Shown here: positions 23,350 to 37,511 of the stretch, in pieces
Position numbering within the stretch: position 1 is the stretch's first letter
How the letters are laid out: each line of letters begins with the position of its first letter
The notes under the pieces: model-generated
Told to the model about the DNA's origin: nothing
What the model saw: the letters and a program-made list of their open reading frames with translations, nothing else
Databases searched by the model: none
Position numbers and translations under genes: made by a program
NCBI GenBank assembly: GCA_008632985.1
Contig: QPGO01000125.1
Location: 62,001-126,000, forward strand
Origin: Psammoneis japonica
Taxonomy: Eukaryota
Length of the DNA stretch: 64,000 nucleotides
Direction: 5' to 3'

Positions 23350-26300
23350 CTGCTGCTTAGCCAGCACCCCTCTGAACAGGTGCAACTCTCCTCAGTCTTC
23401 CTTCTCTGCTGGCAGCAACAAGTGTGTCCTCCCTCCCCTTTGTGAGTTGCTGCACCATTGCCTTCTTCCAAGTCATTGTCAGCATTTCATGGCTGTTCCC
23501 ATGAGTGACTTTTCAATGCACCCCCCCAGTTGCCAGCCCCCCAGTTGCCAGAAGTTCAAGATCAATCAAGACGAGTCACGCACCTGTGCAAAGGCTTGCA
23601 CTCTCTTCTGTCTGAGTCAACTGTGCAGTCATTCTGGCTGGTGCAGCCTTCCTGGGATTGCAACATGTGGAAGGAGTTGCAACAGATTTTGCACATGGTG
23701 GGTGTTGCCAGCAACAAAAGCCAGGATGTTTCAATTTGATGCAAGCACAGCCAATGGCGCGTGATGCATGCACGGCACAGGAGCCATGCAAACTGCACAA
23801 TTTTGTGATGTTTTTTAGGTGGTGGAGCATGAGAGCCATCATCAACATTCTCACATCCTCCCCAACTTAATTTTGTCCCTTTTGGTTGTGGTGCCTGCAG
23901 AGCTGACATGAAGACAAGCTGTTGGCTTTTCCACACAATGATGATGTTTTGAAAGGGTGGTGATGTCATGGGCACTTGTTTGGCTGTCAGCAATGAAGGT
24001 CCTGTTTGAGTGCACTTCTGGGGAAAACATGGGCTCAAACAAAAAAGACAAGGCGGACTTTTTGGCCCAAGCCATCAAATCAAAATGATCTTCACCAGCA
24101 ATGCTGTGCCCACAATGAGCACACCAAATGAAACCCATGTCTGGTTTTGAGTGCTGCGCTGCACCATTTGCTGACCACTCCAGATCACCAAAGGCAACCT
24201 GGAGCAACAAGACTGTCCATCTAATGCACAAAAGATCTGTTGCAAGATCATGTTGGGAAGGTTCAAATGTCAGAGTCAAATCCCAGCCATTGCTTGCAAA
24301 CCTTGAATCAACCCTGCTGGCTTGCCAGCGGCCTCACAACTCAGCAGCCTTTTCAGCTGCATCTCTCTCTCTCTCTCTCCTCACACTCCTTGGCACCGTT
24401 GACCAGCAAGGCCAGCACGGGTTGACCTGCACACTTCCATCACACACACATGCAGCGGAAGAAGAGTGCAAGCATTGGTCAAGGTCAGCACCACCTTGCA
24501 GCGATGCCCACCTGAGGCAACTTGCAACAAAAAAATGTTGCTTTGTTTGGGGCTGGAACCATGGCAGCTGTGCCACAACTGCAAAAAACAGTCATGCTCA
24601 GAAATTGGCTCAACAGGATTTGTTGCTTTTTTTGGAGCTGGAACAACCATGGCAGCTGCGCCACAACAGCAAAGAACAGAGTCAAGCTCAGATCTTGGCT
24701 CAAGAGGAGCACAAGATCTGATGATTTCACACTTTTGAGCACCACAACAAAGGCAAAAAGTTTGCCACACAGACCTCAGAGCTTGACATGCCAGCAAGCA
24801 ATGAGAGAGGGTTTGTCAAGGGCTGGAATGAGGCATGAAGGTTGGTTCAAACTCACACACATGAGTGCCACAGTGGAGACAGCACTTTCACACAGAGACC
24901 ACAAAAGCTGCCAGACGTGGACAGAAGCAGTTCAGAGACATGACAAGGTGGGCATTGGAGGTCATTTCTGAAGCATGCAGGATTTGCACTGCTTGGAACC
25001 TGTGCAGAAAATTTGCCAAATTGGTGGAAAATTGCAACAAAGGACAACAAGCTTGCAAACCACAAGGCATCAATGCCAGCCATTTTCCACTGGAAAATGT
25101 TGCTTGTTGCACTGCAAGAATGAAGTTGTGTCATTGGCAGAAATGGCCAAAATCAGCTTGTGAGACAGCAAAACACTGTCTGACAAGAGCAACATCAGTG
25201 CTGGAGGGTGCAAAGAAACACATGTGCTGAGCTGAGGGCAACTGGTCTGGCTCCCAGCCCCAGTAAAATGAAATCTGCCCAAGTTCTCCTTCACTTTTGA
25301 TTTTTTCAATGTTGCAGTGTGGGTGCTCAAAAAACAATTTCTTGTGTGGGCACTCAGCCCACCTTCCTTCTTCCTTGTGCTTTTGGAAAAATTCAAAGCT
25401 GAGGGAGGAATTTTGTGGAAAAGCAAGGCCAGTCATTTGGCAGATGGCACACAGATGTGTGCCACCTGGAGCTGGAGCAAGCTGGCATCAACAAGTGTGT
25501 GCATCCCATGTGTGCGCAGTTGCCAGGTTGTCTTTGTGTTTGTTTGGCATCTTGAACAACAATTGTTGTTCTTGATGTCTCTGCAAGACTTGCTTGGTCT
25601 GCTCCTCCAAACCACACATGATGGTGTTGAAGACAGACTTGTCACCAAGGGTCAAAGATCACAGTTTCAATGAGCAATGAGCCCACGCTGCCAGATGTCT
25701 GGGCCAAAGTCATTGGCTGCACCCACCAGCAGTGCTTTGGCTCACAATTTGACAGCAAAGGATCTTTTGCTTGCACTGCTTTTTTTGAAACTTTGCAGCT
25801 GTTGTCCACACACCCCAGCAGCCTCTCCACTGTCTTGACAGCTGATTGGATGCTGGATTTCAGCAAACTTGCCCACAACGCATGTCTGTCTTGGGGTTGT
25901 GCCCTCTGTGCACTGGCTCACAAGCACAAATTGATGCTGCCAGGCTTGACCTTGAGGCCCAGTTTGGTTTCACCCATTTGGGAGATCCCCCAAGTGGCCA
26001 GGGCAAGAGAGAGCCCTCTTGCCCTTTTGGGGAACACCAAGGAAATGAAAGCAATTTTGCAGGAAGGAATGCTTGAAAGGGCCCAGGGGAGGAGAACAAG
26101 AAAGAAACAAGAAAAAGAAGGATTGCGGCAATTGCACAATGACTGTTTTTGAGCATGCGCAATTTTTTTTTTTGTCCATGAGCACTCTGCTGCACACCAA
26201 AGCCATGTGCAGCTTCTCAATGAGATGCAGAAGACTGGGCACTTTGGCTGCAACAGTCTGGGAAGCATGTCACACACATGATGGTGTTCAGCATGAATGA

Positions 26301-29300
26301 CGGCACAGGCCAAGGCCAACAACAAGCACAATCAGCCGCACAAGAAGGGCCCACAAGCAGGGTGGGTGTCAAGGTTTGTAAAAATGCAAGAATGCACAAA
26401 GTGGCTCTCCTCTCTCTGCAATCCAAGCACTGGAAGTCATTTTGCAAATGACAAGACCAGCTTTGATTGATGGACAATGTGACAACTCTGCCAGTGGGTC
26501 AGTCAGGCAATTTGGGCTGATGGAGCTGCAACACATCATCTCCAGGAGCCACATTTTGTGTCAACCTGCAAGAAGTGCAAGCCCTGCTGAGTGAGTTTGA
26601 AAACTGAGAGCTGACAATTTTGTTGCCTGGGCTCACCTCTTTGACTTGGTGTTGCTGTTGGAGCATCTCAAGTGCACTCAAATCTGCCCAAGCAGCAAGA
26701 AACTGGCACAGCCTTGTGGAGATCTAAAACAATCACTTGAGGCCATGATGCCCAACCAAAAATGAGACCCCTGACTGTGCTCACCTTGAATCTCAGAGTG
26801 GCAATCTAGCCACAGCTGACACAGACACCAAAAACCAACACCAAAAAGGTGGGTCACATGGGCTGACATGACCTGCACTGAGGTGAGAAACAGCACAGCC
26901 CATGAGCAAGCACACTTCTTGCAAAAACAAAAAGTCTTTTTGTGACAAGCACCAAAACAAGGGCTCTTCTTCTCAAACAAAGACAATTTGCAAGATGACA
27001 ATGAAGAGAGTTGCAAGGTGCAGTGGAGGTGAGCAGACAGCAAAAGCCAATGATGCACAATGTCAGCGCCAACCAAAAAAGTGGTGGTGTTGCACTCATT
27101 TGGTCTTGGACAAAATGGGGAAAAACAACTGCTGTTTGTTTGTTCTGTTCATGGTGCACTTCTGCAAAAAGTTTGACAACAGCTGTCAGACAGGGCACTG
27201 GCTTTGACAACGCAACGCAGTTGATCATCAGCACATTTTCACATGACACACAACCAAGGCTCAAGGTGGAGAGTGCATGGGAAGCACAGGGAATTGCAAC
27301 ATTGCAAGAATTTGCACACATTTCTGTGGCACACACATGACAGCATTTGCGGTGATTTCCCAGAAACTCATGCTTCTGCAGAAGAGCATGGCAAGAGGTG
27401 GCAATCCCAGAGAATTTCAAGGAATCCCACCACAAAAGCAGGCCAAGCTTCAAAGTGGCTGCTCTCCAGCTGACTTCACACTTTGCAACATCTCCAACAT
27501 TTTTCCTGCATGTGGAGCTCACAGTTTTTTGGCAGCAGCTGGGCAACAGATGAAGTTCCAAGCAACAGCTCAAACAAGTTTGAGACAGATGACATGCAGA
27601 GCCTCAGCACAGTTTTGCAAAGAGCAAGCTTGGTTGAAAAATGCCACCTTCACAAAAAAGTGCAGGACACGCACCAAGAACAGCTGCCTTGGCTTTTTTG
27701 GGTGCTGTGGTTTTGCAACCAAAATGGTGCAGAATGCAAAAGCAACTGACCACAAAAACATTTGCACCACATTGCAAAGTGCATGACACCTTGCACATGA
27801 CTCACACAAACCTCATGCAAATCTTGCAAACATGACTCATCTTGCAAACACCTTGCACATGTCTTGCACACATCTCGCACACATTGTGCAAACATCTCAC
27901 ACATCTCTCAAGCACCTCAAAAGCACATCTTGCAAACACCTGGCACACAACATCTTTCGCACGTTCTGTGAACACTTGCGCACATCTCACACAAACACCT
28001 TGCACACATCTTGAACAAATTTGGCTGGCCACACCTTGTTGTGACCACACTCTCTAGAAACAGCACAAAGAACAAACAAAGCAGCTACCACAATTGCATC
28101 TGTGAGACCATGACCAAGGCCTGCATGCATCTTGTGCACATTTTACATTCACCTCACACATGGCTTGCACACAACTTGCAAACACCTCAAACATGGCTCT
28201 TGTGCATGTCTTCCAAACATGCTGCCACCACCTCACACATGTCTTGCACACATCTTGAGCACAATGTTGCCTTGATGTGACCTCACACACAGCTTGCACA
28301 AATCTCACGTGCATGTTGCAAATGCCACACACACCTTGCACACAGCTTGCAAACACCTTGCAGCATGTCTTGTGCATGCCTCACACACATCTTGCGCTCA
28401 TCTCACAAACATCTCGCACACATCTTGCACACATGCAGTGCACACCTTGTGCACAACTCAAGCATGTCTTTTGCAAGCATCTTGAACATGTCTCAGTCAC
28501 AACCATCTCACCAACATGTCACACATGTCTGGCACACCGCACACACATTTTGCACAAATCTTCTTGCAAACACCTTGCACACATCTCACAAACACCTTGC
28601 ACACATCTTGCAAATGCCTCGCACATGTTTCGCACACATCACAGAAACAAGTTTCACACATCTTGCTCACATCTCATGCACAACTCACACACATCTCAAA
28701 AATGCCTTGAGCACATTTTGCGCACATTTTGCACACCTCACACATGTCTCACGCACATCTCAGAAACACCTCACACACACATTTCACACATGTTTTGTGC
28801 ACATCTCACAAACACCTCACAAATGCCCCACACACACCTTGCACACATCTTGCACTCATCTTGCAAACACCTCACAAATGCCTTGCACACACCCAGCGCA
28901 CATCTTGTGCACACCTGACAGACATGTCCCACACATCTTGTGTGCATCTGGGGAACACCTTGCACACATCTTGCAGTCATCTCACAAACGCATCACACGC
29001 GCAATCATGCAAACATCTTGTGCACATTCTCAAACATCTTGAGCAAGTTTTGCATGCACCTCACACACAGATCACAAAACACATTGTGCACATCTCACAA
29101 ACACCTCACACATGCCTTGCACAAATCTTGCAAACACCTTGCAAACATTTCACACACACCTGGCACACATCTTTCAAACACCTTGCACATGGTGTTGTCT
29201 GGCATGCATCTTGTGCACATCTCACAAACGCCCCACACACGTCTTGCAGACATCTTGCAAACACCTTGCACACATCTGACCAACATCTCACACATGCCTC

Positions 29301-32300
29301 ACACAGATTTTGCGCATGTCTTGCACACATCTCTCACACATTTTGCAAACATCTTGCACATGCATCTGGCACACATCTCACAAACATCTCACACGTGTCT
29401 GGCACACATCTTTCAAACACCTTGCACATGGTGTTGTCTGGCATGCATCTTGTGCACATCTCACAAACACCCCACACATGTCTTGCAAGCATCTTGCAAA
29501 CACCTTGCACACATCTGACTGACATCTCGCACATGCCTCACACAGATTTTGCACATGTCTTGCACATTTTGCAAACATCTTGCACATGTGTCTGGCACAT
29601 GTCTCACAAACATCTCACACGTGTCTTGCACACATTTCTCACACATCTTGCAAACACCTCGTGCATGTCTTGCGCACATCTTTTGCACATCTGGCACACA
29701 TCTTGTGTGCATCTCACACAAGGTCTGCAGGAAATCATGTTTTTGAGCAAAAAACAGAGAATCTGCTTGAGCTTCAATCATTTGCAATGCCAGCAGTGCA
29801 GCCACATGCACTTTTTCTGTGTGAGCTTGTGCATTTTTGACACAACTTTGACACAACTTTTGACACAAATCAAAGTTGTGCCACAGTTTCAAAAATGCAC
29901 ATCTCTGGGTGATTTTAGAATTCTTGCGAGACTTCCAGTGCAAACTCTGCGCAAAAAAACAAAGCCCGGGTGTGCATTTTGAAAGTTGTGCCGCACATTT
30001 TGAAGAATGTGTGCGCAGGTTCTTTCACATGCAGAAGTCCAGGAGTGCATTCCTGCACAGCACAAAAGTTGGGACATTTTCAATGTGAGCACATCCGGGT
30101 CTTTGCACAACTTTTTTGTCTCACACATTTTTTTGTGTCAAAAGTTGTGTCTAGAAATGTCTTTTCTGCAAGGTGGTGTTGGCAGCAAATTTGTCTTGTC
30201 CAACGGATTTTGTGCTGGCAGGCATGACTCACATCAATTTTGACATGCAGGTGGCAAACATGGCAATTTCCTGCAGACCCACACATCTTGCAAACAGCAC
30301 CTGCTCACACACATCTGGCACACATCTTGCAAACACATTGCACATGTCTTGCACACATCTCTCACACACATCTCACAAACACCTCCTCACACACATGTTG
30401 CAAAGATGTCACACATGTTTGGCACACATCTTGCACACAACTCATGCACACTTGCAAACATCTTGAACACATCTCAAAATCACCTGGCCAATGCCTCACA
30501 AACACTCCACACATGATGGTCAAACACCTTGCAACACATCTTGAAAATGGCCCACACACTTCTTTCACACCTCTTCACAAACATCTTCCAAACACCTCAC
30601 ACACATCTTGCACACATCTCACAAACACCTTTGGCACATTTTCACACATCTTGCACACACTTTGCACATGTTTCACGCACATTTTGTGCACATTTTGCAA
30701 GCACCTCACACACATCACACAAACACCTGGCACACATCTTGTGCACACAGAGTGCACGCTGTTTTGCAAACACCCTGCGCGCATGCTGCACACATCTTGC
30801 ACTCATCTTGCAAGTGCCTCACACAGGCTTTGTGCCCATCTCATGCATGTCTTGCACACATCTTGCAAACACCTTGCACATGTCTGGCAAACGTCTCACA
30901 CACATCTTGTGAACCCCTTTTGCAAACATGACTCATCTTGCAAACACCTTGCACATGTCTTGCACACATCTCACATGCGTTGTGCAAACATCTCACACAT
31001 CTCTCAAACACCTCAAAAGCACATCTTGCACACATCTTGCAAACACCTGGCACACATCTTCCACACGTTTTGTGAACACTTGCACACATCTCACACAAAC
31101 ACCTTGCACACATCTTGAACAAATTTGGCTGGCCGCACCTTGTTGTGAACCACACTCTCTAGAAACAGCACAAAGAACAAACAAAGCAGCTGCCACAATT
31201 GCATCTGTGAGACCATGACCAAAGCCTGCACGCATCTTGTGCACATTTTGCATTCACCTCGCACGTGGCTTGCACACATCTTGCAAACACCTCAAGCATG
31301 GCTCTTGTGCATGTCTTCCAAACATCTTGCCACCACCTCACACATGTCTTGCACACATCTTGAGCACAACGTTGCCTTGATGTGACCTCACACACAGCTT
31401 GCACAAATCTCACATGCATCTTGCAAATGCCACACACACCTCACACACAGCTTGCAAACACCTTGCACATGTCTTGTGCATGCCTCACACACATCTTGCA
31501 CTCATCTCACAAACACCTCACACACATCTTGCACTCATGCAGCACACACCTTGTGCACAACTCAAGCATGTCTTTTGCAAGCATCTTGAACATGTCTCAG
31601 TCAAACCATCTCACCAACATGTCACACATGTCTGGCACACTGCACACACATTTTGCACAAATCTTCTTGCAAACACCTTGCACACATCTCACAAACACCT
31701 TGCACACATCTTGCAAATGCCTTGCACATGTTTCACACACATCACAGAAACAAGTTTCACACATCTTGCTCGCGTCTCATGCACAACTCACACACACACA
31801 CACATCTCAAAAATGCCTTGAGCACATTTTGCGCACATTTTGCACACCTCACACATGTCTCGTGCACATCTCAGAAACACCTCACACACACATTTCACAC
31901 ATGTCTTGTGCACATCTCACAAACACCTCACAAATGCCCCACACACACCTTGCACACACCCAGCGCACATCTTGTGCACACCTGACAGACACATCCCACA
32001 CATCTTGTGTGCATCTGGGAAACACCTTGCACACATCTTGCAGTCATCTCACAAACACATCACACGTGCAATCATGCAAACATCTTGAGCAAGTTTTGCA
32101 CACATCTCACACACAGATCACAAAACACGTTGTGCACATCTCACAAACACCTTGCACATGCCTTGCACAAATCTTGCAAACACCTTGCAAACATTTTGCA
32201 CACATCTGGCACACATCTTTCAAACACCTTGCACATGGTCTTGTCTGGCATGCATCTTGTGCACATCTCACAAACACCCCACACATGTCTTGCAAACACC

Positions 32301-35300
32301 TTGCACACATCTGACCAACATCTCACACATGCCTCGCACAGATTTTGCACATGTCTTGCACACATCTCTCACACATTTTGCAAACATCTTGCGCATGTGT
32401 CTGGCACACATCTCACAAACATCTCACACGTGTCTTGCGCACATCTCTCACACATCTTGCAAACACCTCGTGCATGTCTTGCACACATCTTTTTCACATC
32501 TGGCACACATCTTGTGTGCATTTCACACAAAGTCTGCAGGAAATCAGGTTTTCAAGCAAAAAACAGAGAGTCTGTGTGAGTTTCAATCATTTGCAACACC
32601 AGCGGCACAGCCGTGCACACTTTTTCTATGCAAGCTTGTGCGCTTTTGACACAACTTTGCACAAATCAAAGTTGTGCCACAGTTTCAAAAATGCACATCT
32701 GGGTGATTTTAGAATTCTTGCGAGACTTCCAGTGCAAATTCTGCACAAAAAAACAAAACCCGGGTGTGCATTTTGAAAGTTGTGCCACACATTTTGAAAA
32801 ATGTGTGTGCGGGTTCTTTCACATGCAGAAGTCCAGGAGTGCATTCCTGCACAGCACAAAAGCTGGGACATTTTCAATTGAGCACATCCGGGTCTTTGCA
32901 CAACTTTTTTTTCTCACACATTTTTTGTGTCAAAAGTTGTGTCTAGAAATGTCTTTTCTGTGAGGTGGTGTTGGCAGCAAATTTGTCTTGTCCAACAGAT
33001 TTTGTGCTGCCAGGTGCAACTCACATCAATTTTGACATGCAGGTGGCAAACATGGCAATTTCCTGCAGACCCACACATCTTGCAAACAGCACCTCACACA
33101 CATGTGGCGCACATCTTGCAAACACATTGCACATGTCTTGCACACATCTCTCACACACATCTCACAAACACCTCCTCACACACATGTTGCAAAGACGTCA
33201 CACATGTTTGGCACACATCTTGCACACAACTCATGCACACTTGCAAACATCTTGAACACATCTCAAAATCACCTCACCAGCAATGCTGAAACATGCATTT
33301 TTGGTGATGCACAACTCAGCTTTTGCTGAAACATGCAGCAAAGGCAAGATGTCGTTCATTTCAGCAGATTGCCCGGATGGTGTTGAGCACATTTTGCACA
33401 CATCTTGCACACACCTCATTCACATCTCATGCACATTTTGCACACCTCTTCCAAATGCCTGAAACATCTCATGCGCACCTTGTGCACACCTTGTGCACCA
33501 CATCCAACAAAAACTTTGCACAACTGGCGCACATCTTGTGTGCGCTTTGCTCGCACATGTCTTGCAAGCACCTCACACCTCACACACACACACTGCACAC
33601 ATCTTGTGCACATCTTGCAAGCACCTCACACAGGTTTTGCACACATCTCATTCACACCTCACACAGCATCTTGCAAATGCCTTGCATGCATCTTGCACAG
33701 ATTGCACAACATCTCACACACACCTTTCATGCATCTCTCACATGTCCTGCACACATCTCACAAACACTTCACAGGTGTCTTGCGCACATCTCACAAACCC
33801 CTCACACATGTGCATCTTGCACATGTCTCATGCACATCTCCGACACATCTTGCAAACACCTCACACACTTCTCATGCACATCTCCCACACATCTTGCAAA
33901 CACTTCATGTGTGTCTCATGCACATCTTGCACACATTTTGCAAACACGTCGCACACTGCTGCTGCTGCTGACAGCATGACATTGCAAGAGAAAGAAAGAG
34001 CAACAGCATCCCATCCAGGGAGTGCTGAGGCTTTAAGGCTGCATGGGCACAGGAGGCTGTGCTTTTCAAGTCTCATGACAATGGGCTCACAAAGCCAGCA
34101 AGCCTTCAAAGCAGCCGCCAGCTTGACATTGATCAGAGCTTGCATCATTTTTGTTGGCTGCAGAGCAGCCGCACACTCTTGGGGGCATGCTGCCTGCAGT
34201 GGCTCCACACCCATTGCAGACATGGAGAACATTGCATCACTCAGGTCATCCCTGTGGTTGTTGTGTGTGGCATGATCAGCACCAGCGTGCCCGGCCCAAA
34301 TGTGCATGTGCAAACCCCCCGGCGCTGTGTTTCTGCCAGACAAAATCACAAAACACAGTTGACAACATGAGCTTTGTTTGCAGCAATCCATGGGATCAGC
34401 ACATGAGCTGATGCAGCAGTGAGGACAAGCCAACACCTTGTTGACAAGAGCAAGCAGTGATGATGGCACAACCAAGGCAAACTTGAGAACCGCCGCAGAG
34501 GGCCTGCAATCTTGGGAACACAACATCATGCGCGTGCACGGTCACAAGAGACTGCCCCAAACAGGGATCTCAAAAATGCCTTGAGCACATTTTGCACACA
34601 TCTTGAAAACACCTCACACATGTCTCATGCAGATCTCAGAGACACCTCATGCACATCTCACACATGTCTCATGCACACCTCAAAACCACCTCACAAACAT
34701 GACCCACACACCTCACGCACACTTGCCTCATCTTGAAAACACCTGACACATCTTGAGCACATCCAGCACACATCTTGCCTGCATCTTCTTGCAAATGCAT
34801 CATGTGCATGATCCTGCAAGCATCATGCAAACATCTTGTGTTTCTCTCAAGCACCTCATGCAATTCTTGTGCACATCTTGAACACAGACCACACACATGT
34901 TGCACAAATCATGCAAACAACTCACACATGTCTTGCACAAATCTCACAAACACCTTGCACAAATCTCGCACACATCTCACCACATCTCACACATCCACAC
35001 ACCTGCACATGCATCTTGCAAACACCCCACACACATCAAGCACGTCTTTCACAACTCTTGCAAACAAATCACACCCATCTTGCACACATCTTGCAACAAC
35101 ATCACACACCTGTTTTTTCACTTGTCTCAGACACATCACTCTCAAAGACAGATCACACACATCTCACACACACATTGCACACATCTTGCAAACACCTCAT
35201 GCATGTCTTGCACACATCTCACAAGCAACACCTCACACACATGTTGCACACATGATCTTGCAAACACCTGACACATGTCTTGCACACATCTCACAAACAC

Positions 35301-37300
35301 CTCGCGTGCATCACACAAACATGTGTTGCGATGTCTTGCACACACTTGACACACACACCTTGCACACAATTTGGGCACGCATCTTGTGCACATCTCACAA
35401 CCATCTCACAGCCATCTCACACATGTTTGGTGCACACCTCATGCACATCTTGCACACACCATGCAAACACCTCCCACACATCTCTCACACACATCTTGCA
35501 AACACCTCACACACATCATGAAAATGTGCTGCACACATCTCTTGCACACACTTGGCACACATCTTGCACACAGCTTGTGCACAACTCAAGGGCGTGTTTT
35601 TCAAATGTCTTGCACACATGTCTCACAACCACCTCGCACATGTCTGGCACACACCTTGTGCAAATCTTGTGTGCATCTTGCAAACACCTCACACCCATGA
35701 TTTTGTGCAGATCTTGGGCACATCTCAATCACATCTTGCAGACACTTTGCACAAGTCACACATGCACTCAAGTGGTGTCATGTTGAATCAAGTTGCCTTT
35801 GAACTTTTTGTTGGTGCCCCAGTGTGCAAAGTTCAAACATCTTGCACACATCTTGTGCAGCCCTTGCAAACACCTCACATGCAGCTCGCACACATCTTGC
35901 AAACACCTTGCGCATGATGTCTTGCACACATCTGGTGCACACATCTCAGAGTTGTGCAGGTCTCACACATGCCTCACACACAGCTCACAAACACCTTGCA
36001 AGCCTCTCCCCCATGCACCTTGGGCACATCTTGTGCTCATCTTGGGAATGACATCTCACAAGTGCCTTGCATGCATGCCCAGCACATGTCATCTTGAGCA
36101 CCTCTGACAGACACATCACACACATGTTGTGCACACCTTGCACCCATCTGACAAACACATCACATGCATGATCTTGCAAACACTGTGCAAACATCTTGCA
36201 CACATCTCTCAAACACTGCACACAAGCCTTTCGCACATCTCATGTGCACCCTGCACACAGATCAGGCACATGTTGTGCACATCTCACAAACACCCCCCCC
36301 ACACACAGCGTGTGGTGTGCACACCCCAGCTCTGCCTGTGTTTCTGCAAGACAAAATCACACAAAGCACAGTTGTGGTTGACAACAAGCACACAAGACAA
36401 TGACTCTGATTGAGTGAACAAACACTGATGCAGCAGCGAGGATGAGCCAACACCTTGTTGACAAGAGCAAGTCATGATGATGATGCAACCAGTGCAAACC
36501 AGGCCCTCTCTGTGACACAGAGGGCCTGCAATCTTGAGTGCACTGCGTTGTCATGCATGGCTGCAAGTGACTGCCCCAAAGAGGGACAGACCACTGCATC
36601 AGAGTTCACCCAGCAAAAGCAGAGTCTGTGCGTCGATCACGATGCATCTGCGCTGTTGGCAAAACCCTTGCCCCCCTTTGCAGCCTGCACCACTTCTGTC
36701 AGCAAGTCCACCTTGAGCCAACAGGTCTTCACCCCAACTGTCCTCTGAAGCACCCTGCTGATGTGGGAGGAACTCAATTTGCTCCAAGCTCCACACCTCC
36801 CAACGAACCCTCTGCGGGCCAGCAGCGCATTTCCATTGGTGTTGCAGCCCCCCTCCTTTTCCTCCTCATCCTGCACCTGGTTTGTCTGACCCTCCCAATC
36901 AAGTTGTGAAGGCTCACCTCAGCAGCACTCAGGACAAGATTCTTGGACCTGGTCTTTGAATGGCTCCTCCATCATCTCTGCTGTCAACCCCCCTCGTCCT
37001 TCTCCCTTTTGCCCTTGACCACCTTTGCAGCATTGGCCATCACTTTCATGTCTTCTTCTGTGGCCATTCTTGTGATGCTTCCTCCTCCATCCTGTCACCA
37101 CCTCCCAAGCCACCCTGGAAAGATCCTGCCGACTTTTCAAACTCCGACACCTCCTCCTTCACAGCTCTCGTCAATTTTCTCTCTCCTCTGCTCGACGAAC
37201 CTTGTTGCCCAAGCCAATGTCACCTGGTGGCAACTCTCTCCTGACCACTTCAGCTCCTCCTGTCACACCTCTGCTCCCAATCATGGGCCACCCAACTTTT
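23350..37300. other. TpA- and CpG-depleted block B (degenerate TE-like relics plus satellite)
   Basis: TA nearly absent for ~14 kb (none found by eye between ~34040 and ~37295). CG also scarce. Dense Cys/His-rich ORFs in all frames, almost all ending in TGA. Confidence 0.9.
27780..36300. repeat. Complex satellite of CACACATCTTGCAAACACCT-like monomers with a ~2.8-3.1 kb higher-order duplication
   Basis: Unique anchors recur: TCTCTAGAAACAGCACAAAGAAC at ~28051 and ~31157, and GTCTAGAAATGTC at ~30149 and ~32941. Internal ~240 bp tandem at 29160-29640. A further dispersed pair lies at ~34320-34520 and ~36335-36540. Confidence 0.9.
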
Positions 37301-37511
37301 AAGCCTTTCTACTCACCTTGCAACCCACCAATCCTTTCTAATTCGGCCTCCCGCGCGCCGCCGCGCCGCAATTTCAACCCTCCCGTCTGTCCGTACCTCC
37401 GGTCCTGCCTTCTTCCCATCATCTCCTCTCCGTCGCGTCGCACACGACACCATTATTCCCGCAAATTTCTCCTGACTCTCTTCCGTACCTAATTCCTGAC
37501 CTTCTTCAACA

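Noticed and set aside
23350..27780. hAT transposase relic
   Set aside because: Only vague fragments (LQEVQALLSEFE, ETHASAEE); too degenerate to support a family call.
27780..36300. CRISPR array or telomeric repeat
   Set aside because: Monomers are degenerate and irregular, with no constant repeat/unique spacer pattern, no cas genes and no fixed telomeric unit. The context is eukaryotic.
27780..36400. Long His/Thr/Cys-rich ORFs (e.g. 28729-29982, 30240-31118, 31382-32314) as metal-binding proteins
   Set aside because: They occur in all frames and both strands of a satellite that lacks TAA/TAG. They are by-products of TpA depletion.
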